From positions 1,240,001-1,304,000 of the forward strand of contig CAKKNE010000001.1 of the NCBI GenBank assembly GCA_918797485.1: a stretch of 64,000 nt of DNA, written 5' to 3'. How positions within the stretch are numbered: position 1 is the stretch's first letter; each line of letters opens with the position of its first letter. Under the pieces are notes generated by a model. That model was not told the DNA's origin and made no database searches. It saw only the letters and a list, made by a program, of their open reading frames with translations. Below, piece by piece: positions 10,347-20,729 of this stretch. The translations under genes and the position numbers were made by a program. This stretch comes from Pelagomonas calceolata (Eukaryota).

Positions 10347-10843
10347 GGTGTCCGCGGTGGGTTTTGTGGGGCGCGCGGGCTGGCGCGCGCGGCTTATGTG
10401 GGCGCCGAGAGTTTCGGCGGCTCCTCAGCAAGGATGCTGTTTAGGCGGCGCTCGCTTGCGGCGTCGCTTTCAAGACCTCAGCGGTCTTGTGGGATCCGTT
10501 TGGGACTTTGGAAGCCCAGTGGTTCACCCGTAACTGCTCTGGCGGCTATGTAACAGACCCTCAGCGACGAGGCAAAGCCGTGGGCCCGCGCAGCCCTGGG
10601 GCTGCTTGAATTCGGGGTCCGCGCCGGGACCAAGTGTCCTGCGCCGCTCCAGGCCTCAGCACGGGTCGCTGGGGGGCGGCCACGAGTACCGTCAAAATTT
10701 TCGTTCAAATGGGAACCCGAAACATGCGAGAGGCGCAGCCTTTTTGCAAGCTACGCCCACGCACGCAACGTGTCAGGGGCTTTCAATCTCCCTCGTAGTC
10801 GCAGAAGGTCGCACACTTGACGTGCTGCCCAAAAAACGAGGAA

Positions 10844-11968
10844 ATGATACTCACAAATTGCCCAGTATGCGCTGCCCCTCTCCCACCTACGAGTGCCAAG
10901 CAGTGTAGCCGCTGCAAAACGCGCTACTGCGGCCCGGAGTGCCAGAAGACACACTGGGAAGAGGGCGGCCACGACAAGCTCTGCAGGAAGATAAGGAAAG
11001 GTGGCGGCGCCGAGCAGTATAATGCCAATACGAAGTATACGGAGGCCGTAGCGGTCGCGGCGGAGGCATGCGCCGACGACACTAAGGGACAGACGTGCTA
11101 CATCTGCACGCAGGCCCTCCACTGGAAAACAAAGGAGGGCCTCGTACGCGGATGCTCGTGCCGCGGGACGGCGGGCTTTGTGCACTTGTCGTGTCTGGCG
11201 GAGCAGGCGAAGATCTTGGTCGCGGGGGCTTTGGAGAATAATTTGTTCGACCAGGCGAATGAACGGTGGAAGCGGTGGCATACGTGTAGCTTGTGTGAGC
11301 AGCAGTACCACGGCGTCGTATTGTGCGCGCTCGGGTGGGCGTGCTGGAAGACGTACGTGGGCCGGCCGGAGATGGACACGGATCGGATCATGGCGATGGG
11401 GACGCTTGGGGCCGGTTTATACATAGCAAAACACCACGAGGACGCGTTGTCCGTGCAAGAGGCTGAGTTGGCTATGCTGCGGCGCCTTGGCGCATCAGAG
11501 GAGCTAATTCTCATCGCGCAGAGCAATCTTGCGACCACGTATGAGGACCTTGGGCGTAAGGAGGCCCCGTGCCTACGGCAAAAGGTTTACTCTGGACATT
11601 TGAAGCTCTACGGCGAAGAACATAAACACGCCCTTAGAGAAGCATACAACTACGCGAACGCTCTTCATGGTCTACAGCGCTTCGAAGAAACCAAGGCACT
11701 GCTGCGCAAAACCATTCCCATGGCGCAGCGCGTTCTCGGAGAGAGTCATGAACTCACGCTCAAGATACGGTCGCTTTACGCGATATCTCTCTACAAGGAC
11801 CCCGACGCCACGCTCGACGATCTCCACGAGGCCGTGAATACGCTCGAGGACACGGCTCAGAGCGCGCGGCGCGTGCTCGGTGGCGCTCATCCGATCGCAG
11901 CGGCGATTGAGCAATCCCTGCGAAAGTCGCGAACAGCCTTCGACGCCCGCGAGACAGTGAGTGCCTAA
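10844..11968 (+). CDS. zf-MYND + RINGv + TPR protein
   Basis: CPVC...CSRCKTRYCGPECQKTHW..H..LC (MYND); CYIC...GCSCRG..GFVHLSCL...CSLC (RINGv); kinesin-light-chain-type TPR ends (LGESHELT, LGGAHP). Confidence 0.88.
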   Translation: MILTNCPVCAAPLPPTSAKQCSRCKTRYCGPECQKTHWEEGGHDKLCRKIRKGGGAEQYNANTKYTEAVAVAAEACADDTKGQTCYICTQALHWKTKEGLVRGCSCRGTAGFVHLSCLAEQAKILVAGALENNLFDQANERWKRWHTCSLCEQQYHGVVLCALGWACWKTYVGRPEMDTDRIMAMGTLGAGLYIAKHHEDALSVQEAELAMLRRLGASEELILIAQSNLATTYEDLGRKEAPCLRQKVYSGHLKLYGEEHKHALREAYNYANALHGLQRFEETKALLRKTIPMAQRVLGESHELTLKIRSLYAISLYKDPDATLDDLHEAVNTLEDTAQSARRVLGGAHPIAAAIEQSLRKSRTAFDARETVSA

Positions 11969-11989
11969 AGAATAGCCACAAACAACAAA

Positions 11990-14428
11990 TCATACCCGCC
12001 CACAGACCCCCGCCATCGCCGGCACGCCGCTCGCCAGGCACGCGTCCTGGGCCACGGGGTGGTCCCACGCCGCCCGCGCGGTCAGCGGGCCCGCGGGCCG
12101 CCGGCCGTCCGGCACTTCTAATGAAGGCAGCTCCGCCTTGTCCAGCTCGGGCAGCGCCTCGAATAAACCCGAGACCAGCCGCCGCGACGCCGTCTCGTCC
12201 AGGCCCGTGACGAGGCTCTCGGCGTGCTTCGGCGCCGCGCGCGCGGCCGACGCGAACAGCTTTTGAGCCTCGCGGCGCGCGTCCGCCTCCGTCGCGGCCG
12301 CGAGTGCGCGCCGCGTCGGCTCGTCGAGGTTCCGCTCGCGCAGCGCCAACTGCTTCGCGCGCGCAAAGCGGCCCGCGCTCGAGCTCCGCGTCGGGTCGGC
12401 CAACGCGTTGACCTTCGACGCGTAGTCCGCGGCGAGGCGCGGTAGTAATTCGGGCGCCGGCGCCGCGAGCGCGACCCTTACACCCGCCGGCGGCACGCTC
12501 TCGTCGCTCACCCCAGAATCTTTGTAGAAGCCCATGGAGTACTTGCAGCCGGCGAGCGACGCCCCGAAGAGCGGCTCCGCGACGGCGTCGGCCACCAGGA
12601 GCTGCCACAGCCGCGCCGAGGCCCGCATGAAGGCGTTTCCTGAGGAGACGCGCCAGCACGGCAGGTAAAGCACGGCCCGCGCGGGCCCGTCGGCGCGCCA
12701 CTCGCGCGCCGGCCCCCGCGCGCCGCGGGGCCGCGGCACGCTCTCGACCTGTCCAGGACTTTCAGCCTTCGTCGTGCCTCTTCTCAACAAATCGCAGTAG
12801 ACGCAGGGCTGCGGCGGCCGCCACCACTTCTTGGCCGGCCGTTGCCACAACGCGTCCTCCAAATCGACGCGCGCGTAGGGGATCCTCCTACTCAAAGTCG
12901 CGGCGTCGAGCTGGATCAGCTGCGATTCGGGCCTCTGCAGGAAGGCAGTGGCTCTACATCGTTGCGGCGTCAATAGAGCAGCCAGCGCGAGCGTGGACAC
13001 GGCGACGTCGCGCGGCGGCGCGCGGAAGCGCCGGCCCGCCGCCGCGAGTCCCCTCGGATCTCTTTCGGAACGCATGTTCTCCGCTATTTCCACTGCTGTT
13101 GGGGGCCTCGGCGCGTCCCGGCAATTCCTATCAGCTAGCGCCGCGCAGTCTCGAGCAACACTTTGGATTGCCGATGGAGCGCTCGAAGCTAGTGCGGCAC
13201 ACGCGGCCAGCACGGCCGCGACGGCGTCGCGCCAGCCGTCTGTTCTAGCTAGAGGTACCCTAATCTCGAACAAGGCAAAACCCGTGTCCGCGTCGCCGAC
13301 GACTGGTTTCGCGCCCGCGTACACGGCGGGCGCGCCGGGCCGCGGCTGTAACGCGACGCCGGCTCTTTTTAAGCGAGACGCCAGCCCGCCCGGCCCGCCG
13401 TGGGCCAACGAGTGCGCGGCAACGACGTCCGGCCGTCGAGCTTTGTAAGCAGCGAACCCCCCTACTTTGTCGTAAGGTATGGACCAATGCAGCGTGACGA
13501 CATCAGCACGTCCTGGTTGCTGCTTCGAGACGATGAGATCAGGAGCACCCTGGTCCGGCAGCGGGTCCGTCGTATAGGGTTGCGGCACGGGGAAGACCCG
13601 TTGAGGCGCTTGAGGAAACGCGTTGACCACGGCGGAGGCGAGGCGATCCGCATCCACCGGCGCGACCACCGCCAAAGTAGCATCTCTCAACCCGTAGCGC
13701 TCCCGAAATAACTTGCGAGCAAAAGATGCGGCTCTATCAGCGCCATTGCCGTCCTTGTCATATTTCGGAGGTAGTAATGTATAGCGCGTCCCGGGCCCGA
13801 ATTTTGATAACGGACCAACAGATCTATCACGTAACAATTCAAGATCGAGCGCCGCTCCCGAAGGTAGGGATTGGGCCTCGGCGTCGACGCGCCTTGCTTC
13901 TCGTCGCGTCGTCGAGGCGTCGAACTTCTCCGCGGCTGTGGGCGAGACGGCCGACGACACACTTCGTAACAACGCACCGACGTACCGCGGCGCGCAGTTC
14001 GCCACATACACCGTCCTATCAAAAGCGGTGTACGCGTTCGCCACTCCGTCATAATCGATCGCCTTTTGTTCGAGGTTGCTGGCAGCCATCGTCAGGTGCT
14101 CGGTCAAGTGGGATAAACCTTCAAAGGGCTCTCGCAGCTGGCCGGCGCCCACCGTCAGCGCTAACGTCGCGTCTCTTGCTTCTGGGTCTCCCGCGACGAC
14201 TATTCTTAAACCTGAAGGTGTTGTGACGTAGCGATAATCTCGACTATCAACAAAACTCGGGTTCGTCAGGATTCTGACGAGCGGTGAGGGGAGTTCATTT
14301 GCGTTGACCTTGCTTGCTGCTGTGGCGGCGGCCGGACCTAGTAATAAGGGCCGCCGCGGGAGCTCCAGAGCCGCTGCTGTGCAGGCACTGAGCCACAGCC
14401 CTGTCCTCAGCGCCATTCGACTTGGCAT
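11990..14428 (-). CDS. M16 (insulinase/pitrilysin) family metallopeptidase-like protein with targeting peptide
   Basis: DSRDYRYV..PSGLRI, GLSHLTEH (HxxEH), NAYTAFDRTVY, LAHGGPGGLASRLK. Confidence 0.85.
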   Translation of the reverse strand: MPSRMALRTGLWLSACTAAALELPRRPLLLGPAAATAASKVNANELPSPLVRILTNPSFVDSRDYRYVTTPSGLRIVVAGDPEARDATLALTVGAGQLREPFEGLSHLTEHLTMAASNLEQKAIDYDGVANAYTAFDRTVYVANCAPRYVGALLRSVSSAVSPTAAEKFDASTTRREARRVDAEAQSLPSGAALDLELLRDRSVGPLSKFGPGTRYTLLPPKYDKDGNGADRAASFARKLFRERYGLRDATLAVVAPVDADRLASAVVNAFPQAPQRVFPVPQPYTTDPLPDQGAPDLIVSKQQPGRADVVTLHWSIPYDKVGGFAAYKARRPDVVAAHSLAHGGPGGLASRLKRAGVALQPRPGAPAVYAGAKPVVGDADTGFALFEIRVPLARTDGWRDAVAAVLAACAALASSAPSAIQSVARDCAALADRNCRDAPRPPTAVEIAENMRSERDPRGLAAAGRRFRAPPRDVAVSTLALAALLTPQRCRATAFLQRPESQLIQLDAATLSRRIPYARVDLEDALWQRPAKKWWRPPQPCVYCDLLRRGTTKAESPGQVESVPRPRGARGPAREWRADGPARAVLYLPCWRVSSGNAFMRASARLWQLLVADAVAEPLFGASLAGCKYSMGFYKDSGVSDESVPPAGVRVALAAPAPELLPRLAADYASKVNALADPTRSSSAGRFARAKQLALRERNLDEPTRRALAAATEADARREAQKLFASAARAAPKHAESLVTGLDETASRRLVSGLFEALPELDKAELPSLEVPDGRRPAGPLTARAAWDHPVAQDACLASGVPAMAGVCGRV

Positions 14429-14643
14429 TGTTGCAAGGCGTTAGGCAGTGCACGACACCATTAATGTGAGTGCCTCGAGGCATTCATCTTGCTCTGCAGC
14501 GGCAAACACACGGTGCACGAGGCAAGCACGCTGAGGCGCCAGCAGCCTCGAACTTGGGCCGGCCGCGCGACACCTAGCACGACTAGTCGCTCCCTCTACA
14601 TGTCCTTAAACGAAATTAACGTAGAATTCGCGGCGCGATGCAT

Positions 14644-14666
14644 GCTAGCGACCGTAAGACACTAGC
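14644..14666 (-). promoter_or_regulatory. GCTAG-box element
   Basis: Reverse complement GCTAGTGTCTTACGGTCGCTAGC; about 215 bp from both divergent ATGs (14428 and 14881). Confidence 0.75.
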
Positions 14667-14880
14667 AAGCCGCAAATTATTATCCGCTCCACACGGCTCT
14701 ATAGCCGTCTACGGGGCGTGCGTCGCACATCGAAGCAAGCCACTCGGGCCCTCTCGAGCGTGGGCTGGCGTGGGCGCAATTTGAAGCGTCGCCGTGCTGT
14801 CCTTTGCCCCTGAGGCTGCAGGTCACAAAAATAGACCAATAACTACGCCGCAAGGAGCGAATAGCCACAGCTCGTGAACG

Positions 14881-15723
14881 ATGAGCGACGACAACCCCTT
14901 CAGCGACCCCTCCCTGCAAGCGGCCGACCAGAGCCGGACGCAGGAGGAGCTGCCGTCCTGGGCGACGGCGCCCGCCGACGGCGCCCCACCCACGAGCTGG
15001 TCACCACCGGAGGACAATAAAAACGAAGAGGCCTGGTCCGCGCCGCCGCCCAATGCGCAACCCGACAATAGTGGAGGCGGCGTCCGCGGCGCCGCGCAAC
15101 GACTGGAACAGAAACTGCCCCAGACGCGGTCCGGCCTCATCATTTCTATGAGATTACTAAACATGGGCGTGTCCATCCTCATGGCCGCCGCGGCCATCAT
15201 CAAACTGCTGAGTTTACCAGCCTTCACCAAAGGTGTACTATGTCTCTACATCTGGTTCTTCGCGCTGCTCATATGCTGCTTCGAGACGCACCTAGCGCAA
15301 GTGTCGCGGATTATTGGCGAGAACTTCGGGTTTTTATACAACGTCAAGGGGCGGGTCACGTTCTTCATACTGGTCTCGTTTTTATGTTTCAGTATTGGAT
15401 TAATTGGCCTCATCTCCGGCGTCGGGTTACTAGTTGCGGCGGCCTACAACGCTTATGTGATTTACAAGCACCCCGACTACGAGCGGGAGATGCTCGAGAA
15501 CGATGTGGAGCAGCGGGGCCCGTCGTCCGTGTACGGGGTTGCCGGTTCTGTAGTGGCGCCGCCCGGGGCGTCGTCGGGCGGCGATTCGAGCTGGCTGGAG
15601 GGCGCCGGGGCCGCCGCGGCGCAGAACCCGGAATTAGCCGCTTCGGTCGGGTCGGCGGCCGTGGGCTGGGCGCGGAAGAACCCGGAGGCGGCGGGGAAGA
15701 TCGCGCGCTCGGCCGTCGTTTAA
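14881..15723 (+). CDS. COPI-associated/TVP15-like Golgi membrane protein
   Basis: N-terminal NPF motif, several TM helices, ENFGFLYNVKGRVTFFI signature. Confidence 0.8.
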   Translation: MSDDNPFSDPSLQAADQSRTQEELPSWATAPADGAPPTSWSPPEDNKNEEAWSAPPPNAQPDNSGGGVRGAAQRLEQKLPQTRSGLIISMRLLNMGVSILMAAAAIIKLLSLPAFTKGVLCLYIWFFALLICCFETHLAQVSRIIGENFGFLYNVKGRVTFFILVSFLCFSIGLIGLISGVGLLVAAAYNAYVIYKHPDYEREMLENDVEQRGPSSVYGVAGSVVAPPGASSGGDSSWLEGAGAAAAQNPELAASVGSAAVGWARKNPEAAGKIARSAVV

Positions 15724-15725
15724 CA

Positions 15726-16709
15726 CTACTTGTCACTTACACATTGGGGCGCGACGACCGCGGGCAGGCCTTGACGCATCTCGAAGAGATCAGGTAAAGA
15801 ATCGCCCCGCGCGGCACCAGTCAACGTGGTAGAGGCAGCAAGCAACGATGCCCCGACCCAGGCCGCATCACACGACGCGCACGGCGCCGTCAAGACGCCA
15901 GCATCTACACCTAACGCCCGGAGCTCATCCAATAATCGCGTCTCCAGGCCCGGTATCAACGACCCGCCGCCGACGACGAGGACGCGCTTCGACAGCGCCG
16001 CGCGCGCGTCGATGGGCGCCGCGCGCAGCACGCCGTGCACGAGCGCCGCGAGGCCCTCCCGGTCGTCGAACAACACCTCCGAACTGTCGCCCCGCACCCG
16101 AAAAGCGACCGAAGCGCCCTCGAACGCGACGTCGGGGCCAGAAGCCGCTTCTTTCCCGCGACACCGCACGAAGCAGAGCGACGCGACGGCGGCCCGCGCG
16201 CGCTCGAGCGTCTCATACGGAAGCTTCGCCGCCACGGCGTCAACACCAAAGCCGTCCGCGTAGGAGAGCGTCGCATCTAACAAAAAGCCGTCGACCACCG
16301 CCGCGCACCGCGTGCTGCTGCTGCCGACGTCGACGACTATTGACGTAGGGGCGTCGCCGCCGACCGCGGCGCACGCTATAGAAGGAGCGAAGGCGAGCTT
16401 CTCGGCGCCGGCGTCGTACAGGGCGTCGGCCAGCGCCCGTCGCAACGCTCGCGGTAGTGCGGCGTCCTCGACGTTGAGAACAATACGTTTTTGCGGCATC
16501 GTCAGTAGTTCTTCCGCAAATAATCGCGCCACAAACTCATCCAACGCGCCGCGCCAGGCAATCTCATTCAATCGCTCGCCGCCTTGCGCCAGCGCGCCCA
16601 ACGGGGACGGCAGTCGTACCCTTGGACATGGTTCGCCGGCGATGCCGCAGCGGACGTAGACGGCGCCCCACTCGAGCACGATGGCTGGTTTGCTTGTTGG
16701 TGCGGGCAT
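15726..16709 (-). CDS. Actin-related protein, Arp10/11 (dynactin)-like
   Basis: IVLEWG..YVRCGIAGEPCPR, VVDVGSSST, APIDAR..L...VVGGGSLIPGL..RL, AAWVGAS. Confidence 0.82.
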   Translation of the reverse strand: MPAPTSKPAIVLEWGAVYVRCGIAGEPCPRVRLPSPLGALAQGGERLNEIAWRGALDEFVARLFAEELLTMPQKRIVLNVEDAALPRALRRALADALYDAGAEKLAFAPSIACAAVGGDAPTSIVVDVGSSSTRCAAVVDGFLLDATLSYADGFGVDAVAAKLPYETLERARAAVASLCFVRCRGKEAASGPDVAFEGASVAFRVRGDSSEVLFDDREGLAALVHGVLRAAPIDARAALSKRVLVVGGGSLIPGLETRLLDELRALGVDAGVLTAPCASCDAAWVGASLLAASTTLTGAARGDSLPDLFEMRQGLPAVVAPQCVSDK

Positions 16710-16922
16710 GGTGCTGCGTCCTACGATGCGTGCGCGTTCTCTTCGCAGCGTCCGCGCTCACGCCACAGCACTCAAAAGGTGGTGCGTGTGTGCGCGCTCC
16801 TGAAGCTGTAAGCGATGGGATAGATGGCTCCGTCGCAAGAAGCGGTATCGACAGCACACGACTACGATGCGTGGCGTGTTTTACCACCCGCGCGCGGCGG
16901 CATTCGGCTTTTGGCTGCTATT

Positions 16923-16943
16923 GCAAGTGTGTTACACGCTAGC
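16923..16943 (+). promoter_or_regulatory. GCTAG-box element, variant
   Basis: GCAAGTGTGTTACACGCTAGC between divergent Arp10-like and WW genes. Confidence 0.65.
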
Positions 16944-17010
16944 TAACTCTGCGATCTGCGATGAGATCTGAGCGTAACTGCGCGATTTGCAGCCTCTCGC
17001 GGCGTAAACC

Positions 17011-17682
17011 ATGCTGCACCTGTCCAAGCTCCTGGTGCTTGCCGCATGCGGCGTCGAGGCAATGCGGCCAAGCACCGGCAAAGCACCAAAGTGCTCGCGG
17101 CGGCAGTCCTTTGCAGCGGCCGCAGCGCTAATCGTGCCGACGGCAGTAGTCTTGCCGACCGCCGCCACCGCGGCGACGGCGGAGCAGGTCGAACGAGCCG
17201 CGAAGCAGGGCATCTTGAAATGCTTCGAGAAGCGCGACGACAAGCTGGTGAACGTGTGCAAGCTCCAGGAGATCGAGGAACGCAAGGCCCACGAGGGCGA
17301 CGCGCCGCGCCAAGTCACCGCCGAGGTGCCGGTCGACATGGATGCGTTGCGAGTAGCGCGAGAGAAGGCGGCGGAGAAGCGGGCCAGCATCAAGCTGCGC
17401 GAGACGCCCGAGTGGCTGAGCGGGTCCAAGTCGGGCGAGGCCGGCGTCGCCGCGCGCGAGCGCCTGCCCGGGCCCTTTGGCGGTGGTAAGAAGAAAGAAA
17501 AAGCGCCGAAGAAGAAGGAAAAGAGCGAAAGAGAGCTCCGCGCCGCGGCCGAGGCGGCAGCGAGGGAGGCCGCTGCTGCAGGACTTCCCGAAGACTGGGT
17601 GGAGGTCACGGACGAGGCGTCGGGACGCGTCTTTTACGGGAACGTGAAGACGGGTGCGACGCAGTTCGAGCGGCCTCAGTAA
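17011..17682 (+). CDS. WW-domain protein with signal peptide and lumen-like (RR...AxA) targeting
   Basis: C-terminal LPEDWVEVTDEASGRVFYGNVKTGATQFERP; signal peptide followed by SRRQSFAAAAAL. Confidence 0.8.
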   Translation: MLHLSKLLVLAACGVEAMRPSTGKAPKCSRRQSFAAAAALIVPTAVVLPTAATAATAEQVERAAKQGILKCFEKRDDKLVNVCKLQEIEERKAHEGDAPRQVTAEVPVDMDALRVAREKAAEKRASIKLRETPEWLSGSKSGEAGVAARERLPGPFGGGKKKEKAPKKKEKSERELRAAAEAAAREAAAAGLPEDWVEVTDEASGRVFYGNVKTGATQFERPQ

Positions 17683-17695
17683 CAACACACTAAAT

Positions 17696-19093
17696 TTAGT
17701 CGTCCTCGGAGAGCAACACGCGCCGCGCCGGCGACGACAGCGCGTCGTCGCGAATCAATTCCAGGCGCCGCGCCGTGCGCAGCACAGCGGCTTCGTCGAA
17801 GGCCTTTCCAACAACCTGGACGCCGACGGGCAGGCCGCCCGACGTGCGGCCGAACGGCACCGAGAGCGCGGGCAGGCCGGCGAGCGACGCGAAGGCCGTC
17901 AGGAAGTCGTTGGCGTAGTCCCGCGGGAGGTCGTCGCGCAGGTCGCGCGCGAGCGAGCCCCGGGCCTCCTTCGTGATGACCGACGGAGCGTTGAGCTTCG
18001 GCGCCGCCGTCGGCGCGACCGGGAGCATTAACACATCCACAGAGGACAACACGTCGTCGAGGCGCGCCCTCGCCTGCGCCCTCACGTCGACGGCCCTCTC
18101 ATACAACCCCTCGGCGTGGCGCTCGCCGAGCAGCCTCTTACCGAGGGCCACGCGCCTTGTTACTTCAGCACCGAAGGGCGGGTTCTCATGGTTGACGTGG
18201 TACCTCGCCAGATTCGAGTGCGCCTCGGCCGCTGCCAAAACGTGGTAGGCCGCGGCGCAGTCCCGCAGGAATTGGGGAGAGAGCGCATCGCATTGGTCGG
18301 CCTTCAGAGCGTTGGACGCGCCCGCCACGACGCTTTCTATGTCATCGTCGACCTCTACATTGATAGAAGCGACGCGGTCGTTTGTTGGGATAGAGAGCAT
18401 TGAAAGGTAGTCTGGGACACACTCTTGACTAGACGTCGCGTCGCCGTCATCATGGCCCGCAATAAGCCCGAGAGCAAACGCGGCGTCCTCGACAGATCGC
18501 GCAAAGACGCCGACGCAGTCCGTGGAAGAGCAGTAGGCCAACAAACCCCGTCGAGACACGCGGCCGTAGGTCGGCTTGACGCCGACGACGCCGCACCAGG
18601 CGGCCGGCAACCGGATGGAGCCGCCCGTGTCGCTCCCGAGCGCGAGCGGCACGATACTCGAGGCGACGGCCGCGGCCGAGCCGGACGACGACCCGCCCGG
18701 CGCCCTTCTCAAATCGAGGGGGTGCCTTGTGAAACCGCGTTGACAGGTCTCGCCCGTCGAGCCCATGCCGAATTCGTCACAATTTGTACTGCCGATGACG
18801 TTGGCGCCGGCTTCCCGTAAACGCGCCACTGCAAAAGCGTCCTCGCGCGCTTTCCAACTTCCGACGGCACGGCTGCCGGCCGTTGGCGTTTCATCTTTGA
18901 TGCATATGGAGTCCTTGACGGCGACCGGCACGCCGCGCAGCGGTCCGTCGGGTAGTTTTCTATTCGTTGCAGTTGCATCTACTCTAGCGAAGGCGTTGAG
19001 CTTCGAGGTTCTCGCGCGGCGCACGGCCTCCTCTGCGACCGCTAAGCAGGTGCGCTCGCCGCGGCGGATGGCGGCTGCTAGGGCTAATGCCAT
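17696..19093 (-). CDS. gatA: Glutamyl-tRNA(Gln) amidotransferase subunit A-like amidase
   Basis: GPLRGVPVAVKD, NCDEFGMGS, PGGSSSGSAAAVA, LGSDTGGSIRLPAAWCGVVGVKPTYGRVSRRGL, SNLARY, FGAEVTRRVALG. Confidence 0.9.
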   Translation of the reverse strand: MALALAAAIRRGERTCLAVAEEAVRRARTSKLNAFARVDATATNRKLPDGPLRGVPVAVKDSICIKDETPTAGSRAVGSWKAREDAFAVARLREAGANVIGSTNCDEFGMGSTGETCQRGFTRHPLDLRRAPGGSSSGSAAAVASSIVPLALGSDTGGSIRLPAAWCGVVGVKPTYGRVSRRGLLAYCSSTDCVGVFARSVEDAAFALGLIAGHDDGDATSSQECVPDYLSMLSIPTNDRVASINVEVDDDIESVVAGASNALKADQCDALSPQFLRDCAAAYHVLAAAEAHSNLARYHVNHENPPFGAEVTRRVALGKRLLGERHAEGLYERAVDVRAQARARLDDVLSSVDVLMLPVAPTAAPKLNAPSVITKEARGSLARDLRDDLPRDYANDFLTAFASLAGLPALSVPFGRTSGGLPVGVQVVGKAFDEAAVLRTARRLELIRDDALSSPARRVLLSEDD

Positions 19094-19227
19094 TTTTTCA
19101 CTGCATGCGATGCTTACTCGTGCATGAACACTTGCGACTGGCTGCGGCAATGGCGGAGCGTTCGTTCTATGCCCAAAATCGCATCGCTACGCCCGTTGAC
19201 AGCGAGTTGTGATCGAAGGACAACCGG

Positions 19228-19254
19228 GCTAGCGGGGCATGTAAACACACTAGG
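19228..19254 (-). promoter_or_regulatory. GCTAG-box element, variant
   Basis: Reverse complement CCTAGTGTGTTTACATGCCCCGCTAGC between divergent gatA and NEIL3. Confidence 0.7.
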
Positions 19255-19371
19255 AGGCCCGCCAGTTTTTGGCGTTTTGGCTGTGTTTGGCCCGTTTCTC
19301 GATCGCGAGTTTACCAGCACTCACACTGCGTGCGTCCGGTGTGCACTCGCCGCGCCCACCGCGAAGAAACG

Positions 19372-20628
19372 ATGGTAGAGGGCCCAGGAGCCACCAAAAA
19401 TGCTCGCAATGCGCGAAAGCTCGTGGGCTGCCGTCTCGCATCCATCGAAGGGATCGACAGCGTGCCCGTCGGTGCGCGACTGGCAGAAGTGCTCTGCCTG
19501 GGGAAGGAGGTGTGGCTCATCTTCGCGTCTGAAGCCGCGGCCGCGACCGGCGACGATTCGGACGACGTCGTCGATCTGTGCGGCGGCAGCGACGACGACT
19601 CCGTCATTGACTTGTGCGGGAGTGACGACGCCCCCACGCCGCCGCCGAAGCAGGAACACGCGGTGCGCGTCCACTTTGGCATGAGCGGCTCCCTCAAGGT
19701 CGATGCGAAGACGCCCGGCTACGGTGCGCGCGCCCTGCGCTGCGCCTTCGACGGAGGACGGACTCTAGACGTCTTCAACGTCGGCGAATACGGCGGCGTG
19801 CATGCGGCGAGAGACGTGGAAAAGGTGCGCGAGAAGGTCTTCACGCGCACGAGCTTGGACGTTTGTTCAGAAGCTTTCGATCCGGCTGCGGCGGCGGCGC
19901 GGCTGGCGCGCGAAACGAGCACCGTCGCCGTCGCCGTCATGAACCAGGGCGTATCGCCTGGCACGGGCAACATTATCAAAAACGAAGCCCTCCATAGGGC
20001 ACGCGTCGCGCCGGATCGAAAGGTCGGCGACCTCTCCGAAGACGAAGTAAAAGCCGTCGTCCGCGAGCTGCGAAGTTACGCGCGCGCCTGGCTTCAGGGC
20101 CGGCGGCCGCCATTCCTCGTTTATGATAAAGCTGCGTGCGGCGACTGCGGCGGCACCGTGTCTGTGTCCAAAGGCGCAGCGACGGCGGGGCGGGTGACGT
20201 TCCACTGCGCGGCGTGCTGTGCTCAGACGACGTCGCCGCGGCCGCAGAAACGTAACGCATTCGACGTATTGGCGCAGCCGCCACCGAAGCGCCCGCGCAC
20301 GGAGCCGGCGCCGGTGCGCATGCGCGGCCACTCTTGCAAGAAGCCTCTGGAAAAAGTGAAGCGGGTCAAGAAGACAAATGAGAACGAGGGCCGCCTCTTC
20401 TGGTCGTGCGGCCGGCGCGATTGCAAGGCCGAATTCAAATGGGCCGACGAGTCGTTCCCGAAGTGCGGCTGCAAGAAAACGTCGATCCTGCGCATCTGCA
20501 AAAAAACGGGCCCGAACGCTGGGAGGTGGTTCCACGCGTGCGGTCAGCGCAAGTGCTCGTTCTTCGAGTGGGCGACACGCGAGAAACTAGACGCGGCGCT
20601 GGGGGACCAGCTGCGGCCGCTCCTCTGA
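19372..20628 (+). CDS. NEIL3: NEIL3-like Fpg/Nei DNA glycosylase with two GRF zinc fingers
   Basis: N-terminus MVEGPG, LGKE, VHFGMSGS, H2TH segment NQ...PGTGNIIKNEAL, zinc finger, two GRF fingers (NEGRLFWSC; GPNAGRWFHAC). Confidence 0.92.
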   Translation: MVEGPGATKNARNARKLVGCRLASIEGIDSVPVGARLAEVLCLGKEVWLIFASEAAAATGDDSDDVVDLCGGSDDDSVIDLCGSDDAPTPPPKQEHAVRVHFGMSGSLKVDAKTPGYGARALRCAFDGGRTLDVFNVGEYGGVHAARDVEKVREKVFTRTSLDVCSEAFDPAAAAARLARETSTVAVAVMNQGVSPGTGNIIKNEALHRARVAPDRKVGDLSEDEVKAVVRELRSYARAWLQGRRPPFLVYDKAACGDCGGTVSVSKGAATAGRVTFHCAACCAQTTSPRPQKRNAFDVLAQPPPKRPRTEPAPVRMRGHSCKKPLEKVKRVKKTNENEGRLFWSCGRRDCKAEFKWADESFPKCGCKKTSILRICKKTGPNAGRWFHACGQRKCSFFEWATREKLDAALGDQLRPLL

Positions 20629-20729
20629 ACCCTTCACGCCGTCGACGCGGCGGCGATGATCCGCTCCTATGAATGTGCTAAGATTGTGCACCCTTATTGC
20701 GTGGTCGGGGGGAAGGGGGATTAGTCGGA

